From an uncultured Gemmatimonadales bacterium (lineage in GTDB: Bacteria; Gemmatimonadota; Gemmatimonadetes; Gemmatimonadales; GWC2-71-9): a stretch of DNA of 64,000 nucleotides. The position numbers were made by a program, and so were the translations under genes. Below the pieces are notes generated by a model. The model worked only from the letters and a program-made list of their open reading frames with translations, did no database searches and was not told where the DNA came from. The stretch lies in the NCBI GenBank assembly GCA_963844035.1, contig CAWJMT010000005.1, positions 32,001 through 96,000 on the forward strand, in the 5' to 3' direction. Positions 61,609 through 64,000 of this stretch are shown piece by piece. Position 1 is the stretch's first letter, and every line of letters starts with the position of its first letter.

Positions 61609-61866
61609 ATGGCAACTCGAATTCGGCTGCGCCGGATGGGGCGGACGGGACAGAGCTACTTCCGCATCGTGGTCGCCGACCAGAAATCGCCCCGCGACGG
61701 GCGGTTCGTGGCGACCATCGGCCACTACAATCCGCGGACCAACCCCGCCGAGATCAAGGTGAACGCCGAACAGGCCCTGGCGTGGCTCGCCAAGGGAGCG
61801 ATGCCCACCGATACGGTGCGCTCGCTTCTCAAGAAGGCCGGGGTGTTCGGCACACGCCCCGCGTAG
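61609..61866 (+). CDS. rpsP: 30S ribosomal protein S16
   Basis: RIRLRRMG, RIVVAD..SPRDG, G.YNP, GAMPTDTV. Confidence 0.96.
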   Translation: MATRIRLRRMGRTGQSYFRIVVADQKSPRDGRFVATIGHYNPRTNPAEIKVNAEQALAWLAKGAMPTDTVRSLLKKAGVFGTRPA

Positions 61867-62144
61867 TCGGGAAGGTCCGCAAACCGCACGGCGAGCAGGG
61901 GGAGGTGGCGGTGCTCCCTCTGATCAAGAATCCGGGTGCGGTGCTCGTTCCCAAGGCGCGTCTGTACGTGGTGGACGAGGAGCGAAGGGTGATTGCCGGG
62001 CCGCTGGTGGTGGGGCGGCGCCGGGCGTACCATCGGGAATACCTGTTGGGGTTCGTGGGGGTCACGGGTCGCGCGGCGGTGGAGGGGTGGCGGGATCACT
62101 TCATCGCCACGGATGAGCCCGAAGCCAAAGATGCTGACGATTAA
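61863..62144 (+). CDS. rimM: RimM N-terminal domain only (start unresolved)
   Basis: VGKVRKPHGEQGEV...LLGFVGVTGRAAVE; canonical position between rpsP and trmD; no PRC-barrel half. Confidence 0.7.
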   Translation, partial: VVGKVRKPHGEQGEVAVLPLIKNPGAVLVPKARLYVVDEERRVIAGPLVVGRRRAYHREYLLGFVGVTGRAAVEGWRDHFIATDEPEAKDADD

Positions 62145-62817
62145 TGTGGTCACGCTGTTCCCCGAAGTGTTCGCGGCCCCATTCGCCGCGAGCATCCTGG
62201 GGCGGGCCGCGGCGCAGGGGTTGGTGCGCTACCGCACGACGCAGCTGCGCGACTACGCGCACGACAAGCATCAGGTCGTGGACGACTCACCGTACGGCGG
62301 CGGCGCCGGGATGGTGCTCAAGCCGGAGCCGTTCTTCGAAGCGGTGGAGGATCTGCGGGCCGGTCCGCCGATCGTGCTGCTCTCGGCACGCGGTCGCCCG
62401 TTCACGCACGGCGACGCGGTGCGGTTCGCGGTGGGCGATGAGCTGACGCTGTTGTGCGGTCACTACAAGGATGTGGACCAGCGGGTGGTTGCAGGGTTGG
62501 GCGCGGAGGAGCTGTCGGTCGGGGACTTCGTGCTGTCGGGCGGTGAGCCCGCGGCGCTGTGTGTGGCGGATGCCGTGGTCCGGCTCCTGCCCGGAGCGAT
62601 CGGCGATCACGAATCGGCGTCTTCCGACTCGCATTACGACGGACTGCTCGCTCCGCCGAGTTATACACGGCCGCCGAGCTATCGCGGGATGGATGTCCCC
62701 GCGGTATTGTTGAGCGGCGACCATGAGAAGATCGCGGCGTGGCGCGCGGCAGAGGCCGAGCGCCTCACACGCGAACGCCGACCCGATCTCTGGGTCAAGT
62801 ACGCACAGGACGACTGA
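62131..62817 (+). CDS. trmD: tRNA (guanine37-N1)-methyltransferase
   Basis: VTLFPE, VDDSPYGGGAGMV, LCGHY, SVGDFVLSGGE, YTRP, LLSGDH. Confidence 0.95.
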   Translation: MLTINVVTLFPEVFAAPFAASILGRAAAQGLVRYRTTQLRDYAHDKHQVVDDSPYGGGAGMVLKPEPFFEAVEDLRAGPPIVLLSARGRPFTHGDAVRFAVGDELTLLCGHYKDVDQRVVAGLGAEELSVGDFVLSGGEPAALCVADAVVRLLPGAIGDHESASSDSHYDGLLAPPSYTRPPSYRGMDVPAVLLSGDHEKIAAWRAAEAERLTRERRPDLWVKYAQDD

Positions 62818-62829
62818 GGAAAAAAGGTT

Positions 62830-63201
62830 ATGGAACGGCTGAGAGCGGTTGAGCGCGAAGGGCTCAAGACGGATATCCCCGAGTTTTCGCCGGGCGACAC
62901 GGTGCGCGTCATGGTGCGCGTGCGCGAAGGCGAGAAAGAGCGCCTGCAGGCGTTCGAAGGCATCTGCATCGCCCGCCGGGGCGGGGGCATCAGTGAGTCG
63001 TTCACGGTGCGCAAGATTTCCGCCGGCGTGGGCGTCGAGCGGATCTTTCCGCTGCACAGCCCGTCGATCGCGTCGATCGAGATGGTCCGCAAGGGCCGGG
63101 TGCGGCGGGCCAAGCTCTACTTCCTGCGGAACCTCGCCGGGAAGGCGGCCCGTATCCGCGAGGATCGGGGCCTGACCGAAACGGGGCAGCCGCAAGCGTG
63201 A
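62830..63201 (+). CDS. rplS: 50S ribosomal protein L19
   Basis: [37 protein letters not shown]. Confidence 0.97.
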   Translation: MERLRAVEREGLKTDIPEFSPGDTVRVMVRVREGEKERLQAFEGICIARRGGGISESFTVRKISAGVGVERIFPLHSPSIASIEMVRKGRVRRAKLYFLRNLAGKAARIREDRGLTETGQPQA

Positions 63202-63828
63202 GACATCCCCGCCCCTCGCTCGAGCGTGAACGCGCGCTCTGGCTGGAGGGGCGGGGACTTGTCGCCGGAATCGACGAAGCAGGCCGCGGTCCACTCGCCG
63301 GTCCGGTGGTGGCCGCGGCCGTCGTGTTTCCGGCATCCTACCAGGCGATCCGCGGCGTGCGCGACTCCAAGCTGCTCACCCCCGCGGCCCGCCAGCGGCT
63401 CGCCGTCCTGATCCGCCGCCGCGCCCTGGCCGTCGGCGTCGGCGCGGCCAGCGTCCACGAGATCGACACGATCAACATCCGGCGCGCCACCATCCTCGCG
63501 ATGCGGCGCGCGCTCGAGCGCCTGCCGGTCCGGCCGGCGCACATTCTCGTGGACGGCCTGCCCTGTCCCGAGCTCGGCAGTCCGCATGAAGCGATCGTGG
63601 ACGGCGACGCTCTGTGCCACTCGATCGCCGCCGCCTCGATCATCGCCAAGACGGTGCGCGATCGCCTGATGGAGCGGCTCGCGCTGTATCACCCCGCGTA
63701 CGCCTGGTTGACCAACAAGGGTTACGGCACGCCGGAGCATATGGCGGCGCTCGCGCGAGCATGGTTTCACTCCGCATCATCGCAAGAGTTTTGCACCGGT
63801 GCTGCAGCTCGAGCTCATCGCTCGCTAG
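63198..63828 (+). CDS. rnhB: ribonuclease HII (indel near 63760)
   Basis: [42 protein letters not shown] in the shifted frame. Confidence 0.94.
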
Positions 63829-63897
63829 GGGCCTCTCCCCACACGGCCCGGCGCGGGATACCTTTGTCGGCCCCTACGCCCTTGAGGGTGCCCTGCC

Positions 63898-64000
63898 ATG
63901 AGTGTCGCCAGACGAGATCTCAAGACAGTCAAGGAATTGATGGAGTGGATCGACAGCCACGCGAGCAGCGCCGGTGTGCCTGACGAGGGAGCGGCGTACG
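63898..64000 (+). CDS. hypothetical protein (5' fragment, runs off window)
   Basis: GAGG then ATG; open frame MSVARRDLKTVKELMEWIDSH... Confidence 0.4.
   Translation, partial: MSVARRDLKTVKELMEWIDSHASSAGVPDEGAAY

Noticed and set aside
1..64000. Dozens of frameshifted genes as pseudogenes or programmed frameshifts
   Set aside because: Indels hit conserved housekeeping genes (ffh, rnhB, pstB, bio genes), with motifs intact on both sides and essentially no in-frame nonsense decay; best explained by uncorrected long-read errors.

Overview
High-GC bacterial chromosome segment, probably Gemmatimonadota (inferred from gene style: TolB/TPR-type Ser/Thr kinase, DUF4384 protein, short type IV pilin). 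Single-base indels split many genes, including conserved ones (ffh, pstB, bioA), so these look like long-read assembly errors rather than pseudogenes; genes were stitched across frames by eye and some ends are approximate. Contents, left to right: bioD-bioA-bioF; a DUF4384-like protein; a PLP aminotransferase and a ThrC-like enzyme plus sulfur-carrier pair, each behind related leaders (one complete SAM-II riboswitch with terminator, one twin lacking the 3' pseudoknot strand); a membrane spermidine-synthase-like protein; pilA behind a c-di-GMP-I riboswitch and a sigma54-driven fimbrial-like subunit; an HI0933 flavoprotein; a four-gene envelope operon (DUF4956, SdiA-regulated-type lipoprotein, atypical kinase-Omp85 barrel fusion, metallophosphoesterase); Ser/Thr kinase, DegP-type protease, dnaK, rhomboid; a ~26 kb phosphate/polyphosphate locus (phoU, two pstB, pstA, pstC, pstS, two porins, lipoproteins, TonB receptor, CHAD, sixA, ppk1, ppx, ppk2, PsiE, PAP2, AlkP-family, GT4, phoR, phoB, DUF3006, ComEC-like) with recurring 11-bp-period Pho-box-like repeats; a Ubl-fused adenosine deaminase, PNP, thiD, TrmH, pilD, single-AAA Clp-like ATPase, HExxH lipoprotein; and ffh-rpsP-rimM(truncated)-trmD-rplS-rnhB. 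Best candidates for new biology are the kinase-Omp85 operon and the SAM-II-controlled sulfur-carrier homocysteine module with its truncated twin leader. No CRISPR array, rRNA, tRNA or transposase was seen.
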